Source: Octopus vulgaris
Taxonomy: Eukaryota
Assembly: GCA_951406725.2 (NCBI GenBank)
Contig: OX597815.1
Coordinates: forward strand, 13,082,001 to 13,146,000
Direction of reading: 5' to 3'
Length of the DNA stretch: 64,000 bases
Part shown: piece after piece, positions 12,093 to 26,515 of the stretch
Position numbering within the stretch: the first letter of the stretch is position 1
Layout of the letters: each line of letters opens with the position of its first letter
Made by a program: the position numbers and the translations under genes
Notes under the pieces: model-generated
Database searches by the model: none
What the model saw: only the letters and a program-made list of their open reading frames with translations
Told to the model about the DNA's origin: nothing

Positions 12093-12568
12093 TTTATATA
12101 TAAATATATATATAATTGTATTTTCTACCAGTAATTACAAATAGAACAGGTTGAATTGCTTCTTTTCAAGGACAAGGGCAGCGCTCAGAGTGGTCGCTGG
12201 TAGTAATAAGTACATTTGACCTCTCCTGTCATAAAGGGTATAAAAAATATTTTGTCACTATGGCTGACCTCCCCACGTTCTTCCAGTTTGTTTTTATAGA
12301 CCTGTAGAATTTGATCTATTCACCAAGCTGCTTCTCTTGCCCTAACTCTTTCCTTCAACAACCACATATTTACGATTATCTCAAGTGCAGGACAAAAGTT
12401 AGAAGTAAAGAAATTTAATAATAAAGGGAAATAGCAATAATGATAATAACAATAGTAGTGGTGGTCACGGTGATAATGATAACAATAACAATAGTGATAT
12501 GCTGCAGCTGCTACTACTACAACTACTACTATATAGCCCATGAATCTGTGGCCCAACTACAACTACCA

Positions 12569-13149
12569 ATTTCTTTACTGCCCACAAGGGGCTAAACACA
12601 GTGGGGACAAACAAGGACAGACAAACGGATTAAGTCTATTACATCGACCCCAGTGCGTAACTGGTACTTAATTTATCGACCCCGTAAGGATGAAAGGCAA
12701 AGTCGACCTCGGCGGAATTTGAACTCAGAACGTAACGGCAGATGAAATACCTATTTCTTTACTACCCTCAAGGGGCTAAACACAGAGGAGACAAACAAGG
12801 ACAGACAAACGGATTAAGTCGATTACATCGACACCAGTGCGTAACTGGTTCTTAACTTATCGACCCCGAAAGGATGAAAGGCAAAGTCGACCTCGGCGGA
12901 ATTTGAACTCAGAACGTAACGGCAGATGAAATACCTATTTCTTTACTACCCACAAGGAGCTAAACACAGAGGAGACAAACAAGGACAGACAAACGGATTA
13001 AGTCGATTACATCGACACCAGTGCGCAACTGGTTCTTAACTTATCGACCCCGAAAGCATGAAAGGCAAAGTCGACCTCCGCGGAATTTGAACTCAGAACG
13101 TAGCTAAGCATTTCGCCCAATGTGCTAACAGTTCTGCCAGCTCACCGCC
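12569..13149 (-). mobile_element. tRNA-derived SINE family B as a tandem trimer (one head, three 184 bp bodies)
   Basis: atttcttt unit starts at 12569, 12753 and 12937; the head (ggcggtgagctggcaga) occurs only at 13149; aactac(a/c)actacc on both flanks resembles a TSD. Confidence 0.9.
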
Positions 13150-13937
13150 CAACTACCACTACCGCCACCTCTACTACTCTTGCTGCTGCTGCCATCACTG
13201 CTGCTACTACATATAGATGCAACAATTAAAAAATAAAGTAAGTATTTGATAACGGCGATAGAAGTCTGAAAAAAAGCCTGTTCAGCGAGGAAGATTACGA
13301 GTGAGCAAAAGACTCTGTGGGGAGTCGTTCAGCATGACAGGACATTGCTGAGGAAGGCCAGATGAAATAGTGTAATTCACCGCTAGAAACATGGGTGTTT
13401 CGTTCAACATCCTTAAACATCCTTAAATTAAGGTACACTCTCTCAACGTTCAAATGTCATAAATATCGACGAGTACTTGAGTGAAATGTCTTGAATCTTT
13501 TTGGCCTAAAAATATTTGTCCTTGTGTTAGAATTAATTTGAAACATGGTTACTGCATTTTACTGAGTTTCAAGTTTCGAACTTTGCTAATATCCAGCTTT
13601 ATCTACACGCACCGTTGCCTTAATAGTGTCAAATTTGAAAGACATAACATCTGCTTCTTTGATAAATGAATAATAAAATGACTGACGGATATTCCTTTTT
13701 GCAAAACATATTGCATTTTATTCAGCTTTGAATTTATAATACATAAAAATAAAACAATAATGTCACCAGATCTATTTAGAATATCATTGTCTTCTTTATT
13801 TTACCAGACCAAAAATTACGCACTATTTGGAAAGCGCTGGTGCAGAAACAATAATAGTCAATATTGATTTGTTATTTCTATACTTGACGCTTTGTGTAAA
13901 GCCAAACGTAAACACCACAGAAGTGGCCACAAATACT

Positions 13938-14128
13938 TATTTCTTTACTACCCACAAAGGGGCTAAACACAGAGAGGACAAACAAGGTCAGACAAATGCA
14001 TTAAGTCGATTATATCGACCCCAGTGCGTAACTGGTACTTAATTTATTGACCCCGAAAGGATGAAAGGCAGGCGAAATACGGCTAAACATTTCAGCCGGC
14101 GTGCGAACGTTTCTGCCGGCTCGCCGCC
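13938..14128 (-). mobile_element. SINE family B with internal deletion
   Basis: Homologous to 34020-34248 but lacks the gtcgacctcggcggaatttgaactc segment. Confidence 0.85.
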
Positions 14129-17100
14129 TTAAGGGCCAAATATACTATCGCACTCGTCTTCTCCTTACAATTCAACGAAAATTACGGATTCAACACCCTT
14201 GTTTTCCATAAAATGTATCCCGCTATTACCAATGTAATTTGTGTCCTTTTAATTTCGAGCACTATTGTATACTAGCTTACAAAGACTTCTAAAACACGCC
14301 TATCTTCATCATATATTTCCCACTACCCTGTCTCGAAATATCTCAATGTGAAACCTTTCAGGTCCCTAGAACAACACGTTAGAAATATTTCCTTTTTTTT
14401 GTATAGACTGTTAAATCTTTCTCTACTTGCTTGTTACTCATTTATATAAACTGTTGTTTGTTTCATTAATGCATCGCATAATATTTGACTAACTTCATCA
14501 TTCCATCCAGATTATCACAAATAATGCAATAGTTCTTAAACAAAAAGCTCAATTTTTCATGTGGAGATTTTTTCCTTCACTCTTTTGTGCTGCCAGTGTT
14601 TCTGTATTAAATCAGATCTATCAAAAGCTAATCTCATACACCAGAGCATTATACTTTTGATAACTGCCTCGTTAAATACATGCGCATCGACTGTATCTGT
14701 TTTTCGTATTCTGAGCCAGTTATATCTTCTACAATCTTCTTTATGAAGCGTAATGTCTTCTGTTATCTCGAAAGCCACGTTCTCTTCTAGATATTATAAC
14801 CCAACCCCTCTCCTTACGCATAGTATCGCTGTGTTAATCACACGCTATCTCTTAACAATATACTTACCTGTATCAAGTGAACAGGTGTGCACTGTCATAA
14901 CATGTTAAACAAGCAATGACATGCCTCAATATTATTATTATTATTATAAATGTTGGATTTCCGAATAGATGGTTACACACCACGTATATAAATATATCAC
15001 ATTAAACAAACATCACAAGTAGTAGGGATACTTCACAAGTTTCGAAGTATATTCAATAGTTCAGCAGTTATAAAAAAAACATGAAACGTAACCTAATATT
15101 TTGTCCTGACTATTTATCAGTTACATGGTTGTTTTCATATCCTACGCAGCTTCGGAAAATAAGCACTTCTGCTGATTCTTATCAACTAACCATCTGCCTA
15201 AACATTACAAAACAAAAACAACTAGATTTCTATGCGATTCTGCCGCTTTTTCAACTAGCTGCGCTTCGCTTCCTGTGAAAAGAAACTTCTCATCGTAGAT
15301 TCCGCCTGCTCTAGCCTCTCGGCCTATCACACACTGTTTGCTTTTTTAAAACTTCCAACCTCAAACACGTGCCAAGTCCTCAAGGTACCTTATGAAAGCA
15401 ATCCTAATAGTTGTTCACATTGAAAATCAACTACAATAATTTTCGGCGTTATAGATGAGAGGAGAATATTCATGTGTGATATCTTTTCTGTATTGAATAT
15501 TTAATAAAACATTATTAGAATGGCGGTTCTTCAGAATACTCAGAAGAAATTGAAGCTGCAAAGAACCTAAAAGAAATATAACATTTGAAATTCACAAGTT
15601 GAGTCAATGCAATATGCAGAATTTAAAAAATGCTGTTTAAATGCGACTGCAAACACATTTTTAAACGCCCTTACTTCTTTATCTATATCTCGACCAAATA
15701 CCAGTATCTGGTGATTGCACACTAAAACATTCAAGCATTTAACATATAACCACCACAAGGATAATTTTGTTTGCATGCGTAGGATGGCTAAAACCAATAA
15801 GTAACCCCGATGCAGTTAGATCACAATATTACTTTGAATGAAGCGTTCATCTAGACTCCTGACTTATATATGGATATCGGAGTACACACTCTACGAACGA
15901 TATGAAACTTATACAAATAAAGAAAGCAGAAAGGGTCATTTTTAGAAAACCAATATGTATTGCTTATACACATGGTTGCAAGAGTGCAATACTTATAATC
16001 CGATAAATTTTCTAAGAACTATTCAGAAACATATTTGTTTATACAAACCGGATGCTATGGAAAGCACACATTATTCAACATCTATACATGTACAGTACGT
16101 AGTTACCAACATAGACATCACTGAGTAAAATGTTCGACCGTTTCTAATGTTTCCTGTTCTTGTTTGAGATTGTAAATTTGTCGAATGTTTTTTAAGTGGT
16201 ATTAAGTATTAATACTCTCTATAGAAGCAAATGTGAATAAAATATTATACACCTCGCTGTTGTATTTGACAAGGCAATACATTTTTTAAGAAAATAATTT
16301 TTCCGATATTTTTCTATATATTTAAAAATATTTAAACATAATAGATGTTCTATACATCAGTAGGAGGGTGTTGGTCTGTCGATTTAGACATACGTTATGA
16401 ATGGATAAAGCATATTTATTCCTTTATATATTATAATGCGAAGTGTTGAATGAGATGTTGTAGAACTGAATGAGATGACTAAATAAAGGATGAAACATCG
16501 ATTACTTCGTATGGCGTATAATATCTTTGTTTGTTTCATTGCAAAACAGAAATCGAAACACATGTGATGTCTACTGCGTTTTCCTTAAAGAGAAATTAGG
16601 TAATGTATGTTTTCTTCAGTGCCTGTATGTTTGTAAGTAAGCTGTGTCTGTTTAAACAGATAGTTGTGTGATTTATGTAGATCGGAAAAGGACATGCTAG
16701 ACGCCAGAAAATAGATAAAGAAATAGGTTTAAACAGACGAAAATGATATTGATCACTAGGTTGTTTAAATTCTGAAAGGAGTTATATTATGTTATTACGA
16801 AGGCGAGAGACACATAATAAAATGACTAGCTGTTCGGTGTCTTTTCAGACTTGTGTAAATAATCAGAAATATATCTCTGTTTATGTTTTAACATCTATCG
16901 CAGAAAACTTTATAGACACATGAAGTGTGTAATAGCGCATCGAAGAATTGTCTTTGGAGAAACGGCGAAATAGATTCAAGAAAGTCAGAGACATATATTT
17001 ATTGAATTGTGCTTAAATAGAAATAATGGCCATTGTGATCGAACACCCAACAAGAGAAGGAATAGAGACAGAAAGTCTGATGGCGTGATATAAACCATAT

Positions 17101-17151
17101 TAAAGACTGTTTTCAAATGGAAGTCATATATACTTTCATTTTGGTTCTTTG

Positions 17152-17199
<48 letters not shown>

Positions 17200-17559
17200 A
17201 AGAGAGAGAAAGAGAGGGTTATTTTCTGAGGTAAATTTAAGATAGAGCACAATTGATTATTGACATGTTATATAAGATATTGTAGGGTGTAACTAGAATA
17301 TGAACGGAATATAGATTACCATTCGCAAATATAAAGAATGATAAAACTTGTGTAAGAAAATGTAGATCTTGATAATAATTACAGAATGGGAAACACGTAT
17401 CTGAGTACTAAATACACTCTTAGAAACTCACCAATAATTCATTATGCATACAGATACGCACACATACACATACATACAGAGGTATGCACAATGCGAGCAC
17501 AAACGTGCATGCGTATCTATCTATTTATCTATCTATCCATCTATTTATCTATCTATCTT

Positions 17560-17605
<46 letters not shown>

Positions 17606-17923
17606 CTCTGTGTATATATATATATATATATACATTCAAAATAAATATTTTCATGAGTTGAACAGCGACTGCTACCATCCACTGACCATTCAAAATACTA
17701 CTATCATGGAACTCCCAAAATCTTCTTCTTCTACTCTGCCTTCTTCTTTTTTCTTCTTCCCTACCAAGAATTCACAACGACCTCGAATACACTAGAGTAA
17801 ACAAGAGAGACAGAGACAGGCAGAAACAAGGAAAATGACACTTGTATTTGAACACTATACAAATATTCTTTAAAAAATAAAACTTTTCTTTTAATTTTTC
17901 TAAATTTAATTATTTAATTATTA

Positions 17924-17959
17924 CAGTTGAAGAAGTCTCAATGTCTGAAACCGGTACTG
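17924..17959 (+). ncRNA. Degenerate minimal type I hammerhead motif
   Basis: cag TTGAAGA agtc tcaat gtct GAAA ccgg TA ctg: stem I cag/ctg, palindromic ACCGGT, C3U change, one stem II mismatch; lies just upstream of a (TA)n tract. Confidence 0.5.
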
Positions 17960-18007
17960 AAATGATTTTTATAAAATTATTTTAGCATTTTCTATCTTGA
18001 CTGTTTT

Positions 18008-18061
<54 letters not shown>

Positions 18062-18064
18062 CTC

Positions 18065-18103
<39 letters not shown>

Positions 18104-21100
18104 GAGCACATACACCCAAATGTATACATGTATGTTTCATTTATATAAGCTTATTAGGTTTATATATTGTCGTCTGTGTGTATAAATGTCTTTCTACGCT
18201 ATTACGAAATGATCATACAGTTATAACTGAACAGGTTTAACAAAATAAAACTTACGAGTAACAAGAGCTACAGTCACATTGTCACTCGCTTTTGCCACAC
18301 GCGACAAGGACAAACCTTCTGCTACGTATATTGAATGTGAATATGTAACCTGTGCAGTTAGATGAAAATCGCAAGCAGCTCTGTTGAGAAGGTATCATGG
18401 CATGAAATAAAAAAGAACCTGTATTTTCAAATCATATAAACCAACCAGTTCTCGATTTCTCTTCTGCATATTTTATCTGCTGGAAACATAAAAATAATGC
18501 TACACTCTTATCGATAGTTCTTACACTAATGCTGCATACACATCCAATTTTGTTGTATTTTAAACCCTTTAGATGATAAGAAAAACACTAAATGGTTTTC
18601 ATAAAAGGTAAGTCTTATAATTGGTTAATGCGATCGCATATATCTCAAATAACTCAGAAATAAGTATTCTATTGTGATGCAATTGAAGTATTTGTTACAA
18701 ATCGCGTAGGAAATATTACACGATGTAAACATGTCGAAAGTTTAAGTTGTTCCTCATGATGATAATGGCGAAATGTTATTAAAGATCTTAAATTGGACAT
18801 TAAGTGTTTCCATAAGTCGATAATGATAGATATGCATGCCACTAATATCTGATATATGACAGAAGCAATTATTCTTGTTAGTGTTCCTCTTCACTTCACA
18901 GAATTTCTAACAAACTTTCAATAGTTCTCCATATCGTGCTAAACGTTCCAATAATCATTGGGTTATATTAGTCAATGGAAATTATTGAGCATATATGAAA
19001 AGTAGCGTAACTTCGTCGCGCTGAGATATTTAGATAAGGTATTTGTTGGTCGAATAAAATTTAGTGGCAATCGATGTAGCCATATATATTCAGTAAACAC
19101 AAGCGTGTTTATTATAAACTCTGCTGGTCCTTGCATGAGCGCTGTCAGATTTTATACTTTTGAAGACTTTGTTCTCAGAGGGCAATTCGTAGGAATCTTA
19201 TTTTTAAACAATTTTTGCAAACGTATAGTTTCCATGTCTGTAAAAAAGTTATTCATATACAAATATATCATATCTTTATTATGATACGCTTGCGCTTTTG
19301 TAAGCATGATGCTATATCATAGCAATAATAGATTCAAAAGTGGTTCTTCTTACATATTCACATTTAAGAAATGGCCTGTATCAAGTTTATTTTGTAAATT
19401 TCCTTAAAAATGGCACGCTTAATGTCTTCTATTATCACTAAAACTTCGCCCATCGTTTTCATTACTTAGCCACGCCAATATAATTTTTGAAGGTGTCCAG
19501 ATTAATACTACAGATTCAAGAAGTTTTCCTTGGAGAGGAGTCCTTACATAAGTGATTTCCTAGGTAGTTGACAGCGCTAAGAATGTAACCATGTTAGCTG
19601 GTGCAAATACTCGTTGCTACGTATGAATTCTACCTCTCACATAAAACGGGTGCCTGTCGAATTTCCATACCTTTGTTAACTACTGAAGTGCACTAAAAAA
19701 GCGGTGATTGAATCAATGTAATAGAGGAGATATTAGCTCGGTAGTATCGATTCCGAGGAAAGTGGAGGGACGTCCGCAATATCATAAACATTCCACCGAT
19801 GTTTTTGGACTTTACACACATCTTGACTTTGGCTTCACTAGTGGAAAATGTGATCACTCTGAAATATGCTCGGAAAAATTTTCTCCAGCCTGTAATTTTG
19901 TGTCAGTCACATTCACGTCCTTTCTTCATTTCATCTGTAATTTCTTCATTTCATATGTAGCCTGCACATATTTCTAAGCCTTAATCGTCTGCCCATGACA
20001 AAGCATTAAACGTCTCCGAAATATTACTGATGTATGCATCTTTCACTTAACACGTGCATGCTGACACAAACATGTATTTCTAAATAAACACTGACCAGGA
20101 AAATATATTCGATATCCCTATGTGTGTCATTATAATCTAAGTTGTGTGCAAATTTAGGAACCAGTGTGCGCAATCGCTCGCAGATGTTAACGTTCACAGA
20201 CTGATGCGCAACCTTGTAACAATAAAATATGATGCGTATGTGCGTATCGTGCACATTCATGCATGTATGTATGCATGCATGCGTGCATGTATGTATATAT
20301 GTATGCATGTATGTATATATGTATGTATGCATGTATGTCATTTTTAGTTATATTTTAAGATTTCATGCCAATAGAGAAAGAGCCCGTCTCTAATCTAGAT
20401 CCAAGGCTCCTTAATTGGATTTTCAAAAACATCGATAGGGTATTTTTGTATGTATATATATATGTGCAACGTGTATGCATGTATGTATGTGTGCTCCCCT
20501 GGATTATGAATCTTATCACGAGTGTAATTTCCAAACAATTACAACGAATACAGAGATTAGTGCATATTCAAATATTTCTTCTAATTTAACACTTGGTATC
20601 ACAGTATAATTGATTGGTTTAAATGACTGACACGTGTTTCTACTGCAGTAAAGATAATCTCAAAATACAAATATGTGCCTTTAGCAAGGTTTTTCTGACA
20701 TATGCGCTCAATAACAGTCGTTTCGGTCTACTGATATTTTTGATTAATTAAAGTTTACAACATACAGACCCCAAGACTAATGCGAAGGCAATAGTCTTGG
20801 ATTCAAAGTTGTCTTCAAAATTGGTACATATCGTTCTTGTGGATTTGATCAGTCCCATTAATATTGTTTCTCCTTTTTTTTCCTTCCAAAATTGCTCTTA
20901 TAACAAATTTGTTTAATTTTCTGCGTTGCTTCTGTACTTAATATTTTATTTTTTTATGCCTATTTGCTGATCTCTACCACAGACAATTGGATTTCCGACA
21001 AAATATTTTCCTATATGTGTTCACGAGTGTCAGTTAGTTAAAACCAAATAATCAATGAATACATCATCAAATCTTCTCAGTATTTAAAGCTTTACTTCGA

Positions 21101-24100
21101 TTGAACAGAATACATTATATTTACTAAGCACATAAATTGTTGGATGTAAAAATGCAGAAGCAGCATTAAAAGCATATATTTATCAGTGAGCTTGCTAACA
21201 AACCTCATTTGAAGCATATTTCGATAGTCTTCAATGCCATTTCTTTTCACCCACCTACCTCAGACGGTATACATCGCTGCGTTTTGCAAAACTAAAAGTG
21301 AATGAAGCGTATTCCTCAGAGATTCTTCACAGATCAAACGGCACGACAAACTATTAAGCCAATCTGCCATGGTGATTGGATACAATATTGATTCAGCACA
21401 ATAGTCAAGTTTAAAATGAAGATACATTTGCAATTGCCTGATTATAATTAAAGAAATATTGAACAATGATATGGGCTTGAAACACATTCAAATATCAATA
21501 ATTCATTTGATAAATTTCTGAACATGAATTTGCAAATGAAAACATAATTAGAAACATTTTGTTTTATTTTACTTTGTTTTTCAGAATTCATTGCTTTAAC
21601 TTAATGCAAATTTATTGAGCGAAATTTCACAATGATTATTTTATGCTATATTTTCATATTTATCACTAGTAGCGCACCATTTTGGTTTTAATTGTGGAAA
21701 GAATAATTATAGAATTATGAGTGACGGCAAACAATTAGACAAACCCGAGATGAAAAGAGTTCAAAATTAACCTACCTATTAAGGGACAGAAAATATTAAG
21801 ACGGATTGAAATTAGCTGTGTTACATTTTACTGTTATGTTCTATCGTCTGTTTTATCTGATGATAGAAAGTTTAATGAACTTTGTTCGGTTTAGTGGAAG
21901 CTTAGCCGAGCGTTTTCATTTCAGCTCGATAATTCAATGCGTTTGTTCTCATTTGCTCGCCTCTTAATTACCGTGAAACAAGAGAAATAATGACAAATTA
22001 ATATTCTAAAACTGCTTAATATTATTCTCCGCCTATAAATTTAACTGTTCAAAGAATTTATATGATTGAAACAAAATGTCTTTCAAGTAGTTTAAAAAGA
22101 TTGAAGGTCAATATGAAATTAGAGTCAGGTTGATTAAATTATAGGATTTTAGTAATTTTTAATTATACATTAGTCTTTTTTCTAGTTCATATTTTTATTA
22201 TAATTTCGTATAATAAAAATATTTTCATTCGATAACAGAAATAAAAAAAAATTAATGTCTTTCTTGACATGTAACATTTATTTGATGACTGACAGGGAAA
22301 TTAAGAGTGGGAATGTGATGAATTTCAGTCTTATATAAAAATCAATTGAAGAATGATATATAAATTGAATTTCTTCTTTGTGCTCCACTGATGAGAGTCA
22401 TGTGCGGGGAAATGAACCGCATTCGATTCCTTGTTAAGTGATTAAATTTAGACATTACAAATAACCCCAAAATCAAAATGCTCACTTCAATATTTAGTTC
22501 TCTTCCTCCTAAACTTATGCGATAGTGTATCATATAAGCAAATCCTTAGATCTACAACATGAATATTCTAAGAGGATTTCTTTTCTCTATTTGTTCTTTG
22601 CATTTCTACAAGAATAAGGAACGATCCATTTGCTACACTCTAGGTATATCGGTATTTTTGCAAGTAGAAAAGAAAACATCTATATTCACTATAATAGATC
22701 AGGTTTGCAAATATCCAATACATCAAACCAGCGTTGGCAGAATTTGAATCAGATATATAACTCTGTCTTATATAGTAACAAAGGGAGATATTCAATACAT
22801 CTATTTTGTCCAGAATATTAGATTATCTTCGTGTTTATTGTTGAAATGTTTGTTATGAACCTCACTATTCGGCAGTGGTTGGTGAAAATGGCCAATCTAT
22901 TTGTTTGCTTTTTTATTATTGAAGAAAAGGAATAGGCAAAGGATACCCTTCACAAAACAAAAGTTGTTAGGATTAATATAAACCCTCTTCTATTTTATTT
23001 TCTTAGGAGATGCAGCTTGTCTATATCTATATATCTGCAGTGGCAATCCATTGCTGTGAAAAATCTTAGATATCAGTTCCCGTGCTGTTGTTATAACTGC
23101 ATTGTTAAATTTTGCTTTATTGTATAATGAATTTTCCGATAGTCATACATTTTAAGGTCTGGTGTGGTATTCTGTGTTCACTATAGCATTGCTCAGAGCG
23201 CATTTATAAATTATATGCTCATTGGCACAAATGCAAAGGCGTTAGACACCAAGCGAAACAATATACATAGGCAGAATATTGATGCAAGTATTTAGAGTTT
23301 GGAAGAAGATTTACTGTGCCCAACTATAAAATATCAAAATGTCGATAAAATTCTATTCTTATATAATCTCAAAATTATTTCAAGTGTTATAATATCTGGG
23401 TGACGCTAATGTACATTACAAGCGTACAACAAAACATATAACCACTGGTCTTTTGTGCATGAACTGACAGAGGATTTATAGTCGATATAATACGGCTGTT
23501 TAGACAACTAAGTTATGATATAAGGAACAATGTCTAGCGATTTTAGTTATAACGTTGGTTGACCACATGTATTTTTCACTTGAAAAGCAAGTGAGCCTTT
23601 TACTTTTGACAACGAGGGCAACGTATGCTTTTCCCAGGGCTGCAAGTCTTATAATACGCGTAGGGCTTATATTCTTTGGATGCCTTTGAAATTAATTGAT
23701 CTACATATTCAAATGCATTTGCTTCAAATACTAAAACTTTAGCAAATATCATTAGTCACTACTTTGTCAAAGTAGCATTGGAGTTTGATAACAGCAGAGA
23801 CATACGACCACAAGCTACAATATTTTGCACTAAGAAACTAATATTCCTATACATTCCAACAAAGTCAATATAAATTTCATGGCCACAACATTTTCCTCTG
23901 CAGCAGAAATCTATATTGTTACATAAATTGAGCATTCCAGTTCTAATATGAACATCTGGAAGTTTAGTTTTGAACCATGATTTACGAAATGCATCGAATC
24001 ATTAGGCTGTTGGACATTTCTAACGGTATTTGTTTTGAGTCTTTACCACGGAGATTATCATTACCATTCACATTTTTGCGGATCGACATAATCTAAATTT

Positions 24101-24883
24101 CTACAAAATATTGACCCTGTACCAACATTTGAAACACTTATTATTGTTAATCTGCTGACTTATTAAATATATTCATGTGTATATAAGTGTAGGATATGAT
24201 ATGATATAAGAAAAGGAATATAATTGTATATGGATATTCTAAATCGTTTATGTATTACTTCTCTTAGTTACTGGACTGCAACCATGTTACGTACGGCTTT
24301 GTTGGATTTGTCGCAAAAACCTACATAGTTACTTATTTTCAAAGTCCCATAATTATTCTCTCGGTCCCTTTTATTCTGAACTGCTATGGCTAGGGGAACG
24401 TAAATCAACCAGCATCAGTTGTCAAGTTGTGGACAACTACACAAACACAGAGACGCATACGCAAATATAGACACACGCACATATGTATACACTACCTGAT
24501 GTACCCGGTAACTCCCGGAAAAGAGGAGCTTATCCCTTGCTTCCGTTCTCATAGTTGTTTAGCTCATCCATTAACAACAATACAAAGTATGTGTGTGAAG
24601 GTGCGTGGCCGATTGCGTAGGGCGTTGCACTCGCAATCGCTTCGCATTATTTTCGTTGTGTTCATAATTCACAGACGTCATTTCCCTATGACGCAATCCA
24701 TTTGGTTGTAAATGGCTTACCTTGCGACAGAGAAACTTTCCGATCAGGGACTACTCACCTAGCCATTTGGGTGGCATCGCTCAAAGGTTCAAACGATGCA
24801 ATGGGCATAGTGACCAGCAGTGCATAACAACCCAGAAACATGGAAGCAAACTTTTTTCAACACATAATCACAACACAAGCATG

Positions 24884-24938
<55 letters not shown>

Positions 24939-25122
24939 AGTTAATCCAAACAAGAAAGCACAAAAGAACCCAACAACGCGAGGACGTGGAACAATTATAG
25001 TATTATTGGACGCTCAGGAAAGACGGAAAGAAGGAGGGTTAAACGTTTCGAGCGGAGCTCTTCGCCGGAAAAGCAAAGATCCCGAGAAGGGAAGACAGGA
25101 AAAAATCGCCAACGGTACACAC
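24939..25122 (-). mobile_element. Family D short element
   Basis: Homologous to 11888-12092; flanked by (TA)n. Confidence 0.75.
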
Positions 25123-25124
25123 AC

Positions 25125-25160
<36 letters not shown>

Positions 25161-25489
25161 TTTGTGTGTGTTTTTTTTGTGTGTGTGTGTGTGTGTGTGT
25201 GTTATTTAGAGATAGTATTCCCTTTCATCACACCATATAAAAGAATTTTAATTTAATACTTACTACTCATTTATCAGATACACGTGTTTCTTGAGGTTCT
25301 TTCACAGTTCCTTAAGCACGCTGTGTTTTACAGGAACCTTTCTTAAAATGTAACCCCAATCATCAGGCCTCTACATCACTTTATCATAGTTCGATACTAA
25401 AAACTATATTTGAATTTTAACAGATAAGTATGTGTATGTGTAAATAGATAAGTATGTGTATGGGATTAAATATCTCATAATTCTTTATC

Positions 25490-26515
25490 GTTTGGTATGA
25501 GGCGATTCATAGATTATTGAATTTAAATCACTACTAAACAGTTTAAATCCAAATATTCATTCTACATTGTAGGATAGTAAAGAAGAACTCCCATTCCTTG
25601 ATTTTTTAATAAGAAATGTCAAACTAATTGAAACTGATATTTGTCACAAACCGACGGACTGGAAGCATATCTTCTGATTACTTCATGCAAACCAAAACAC
25701 ATCAAACGAAATATTCCTTTTAATTTAGCGAAACGGATTTGCACAATAATGTCTGATGTTAATTCTCGGTAACTTCGACTTCAAGAACCTAGATCAACAC
25801 TTGACAAGAGATATATCTACCCTCACCTATAGATCATAGAAGTAAACGTTCCAAGAAATAGGCATTAAAACACCAAGGGAAACAAAACGAAATGTCTCAC
25901 CTCATCTAAAACTACAACCCTCTCCATCAGCCAACGAATGTAGAAACAATGAAGTATTCAAGACCATTAATCAATATCTACCGATGCTCAATACGTATCC
26001 AAAGATGAACCACATCCTACAAACACATAAATTCATCAAGTGTAAAAATCATCCCAAATCACTGAAATTACTATTGACATATGCGAAGCTATACCCAAAA
26101 CAATGAAACCAATAGACAAAAAATGAGGACGACGAAATTGTGGAACATGCCCCACCTACTGGAAGGTTTGGAATTCCATTTCAAACACGGAGAGAGATTC
26201 ACACGGAAAACCAATATCAGGTGTGCACCTGAAAATTTATTTTATGTGACAACTAGTTCAGGTTATGGACAAAACTCTATAGGCGAAACAAGAATTTCAC
26301 TTAAACGGAGAACTACACTGCATAAGAAATAAATACGATTTCCAAGTCCACAATTTAAACAGATACCATTGAATCACTACTTAGAGAGCTGTGTAGGGAA
26401 TCTCCAACCATGCTTCACAGTTTCCTCCATCTACCAGGAATAAATTTCTATACAAGAATGATTAAATAAAGAAAATATGTTTATTGAAAAATACAAGCCT
26501 TGCCTGAATATGAAC
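25490..26515 (+). pseudogene. Decayed Penelope-like element ORF: RT C-terminus/thumb plus GIY-YIG endonuclease
   Basis: EFKSLLNSLNPNIH..EELPFLDFLI..IETDICHKPTD..PKHIKRNIPFNLAKRICTI (PLE RT), then TNIRCAPENLFYVTTSSGYGQNSIGETRISLKRRTTLHK (GIY-YIG, ORF 26081-26332), ending ENMFIEKYKPCLN. Multiple stops and frameshifts. Confidence 0.88.

Noticed and set aside
12569-13149. Regularly spaced repeats as a possible CRISPR array
   Set aside because: Units are complete 184 bp SINE bodies with no unique spacers, no cas genes are present, and the context is eukaryotic.
14150-14830. Possible very old LINE remnant on the minus strand (LVIADTFYGK; ITEDITLHKEDCRR)
   Set aside because: Only faint motif resemblance, and the domain order is inconsistent; too weak to annotate.
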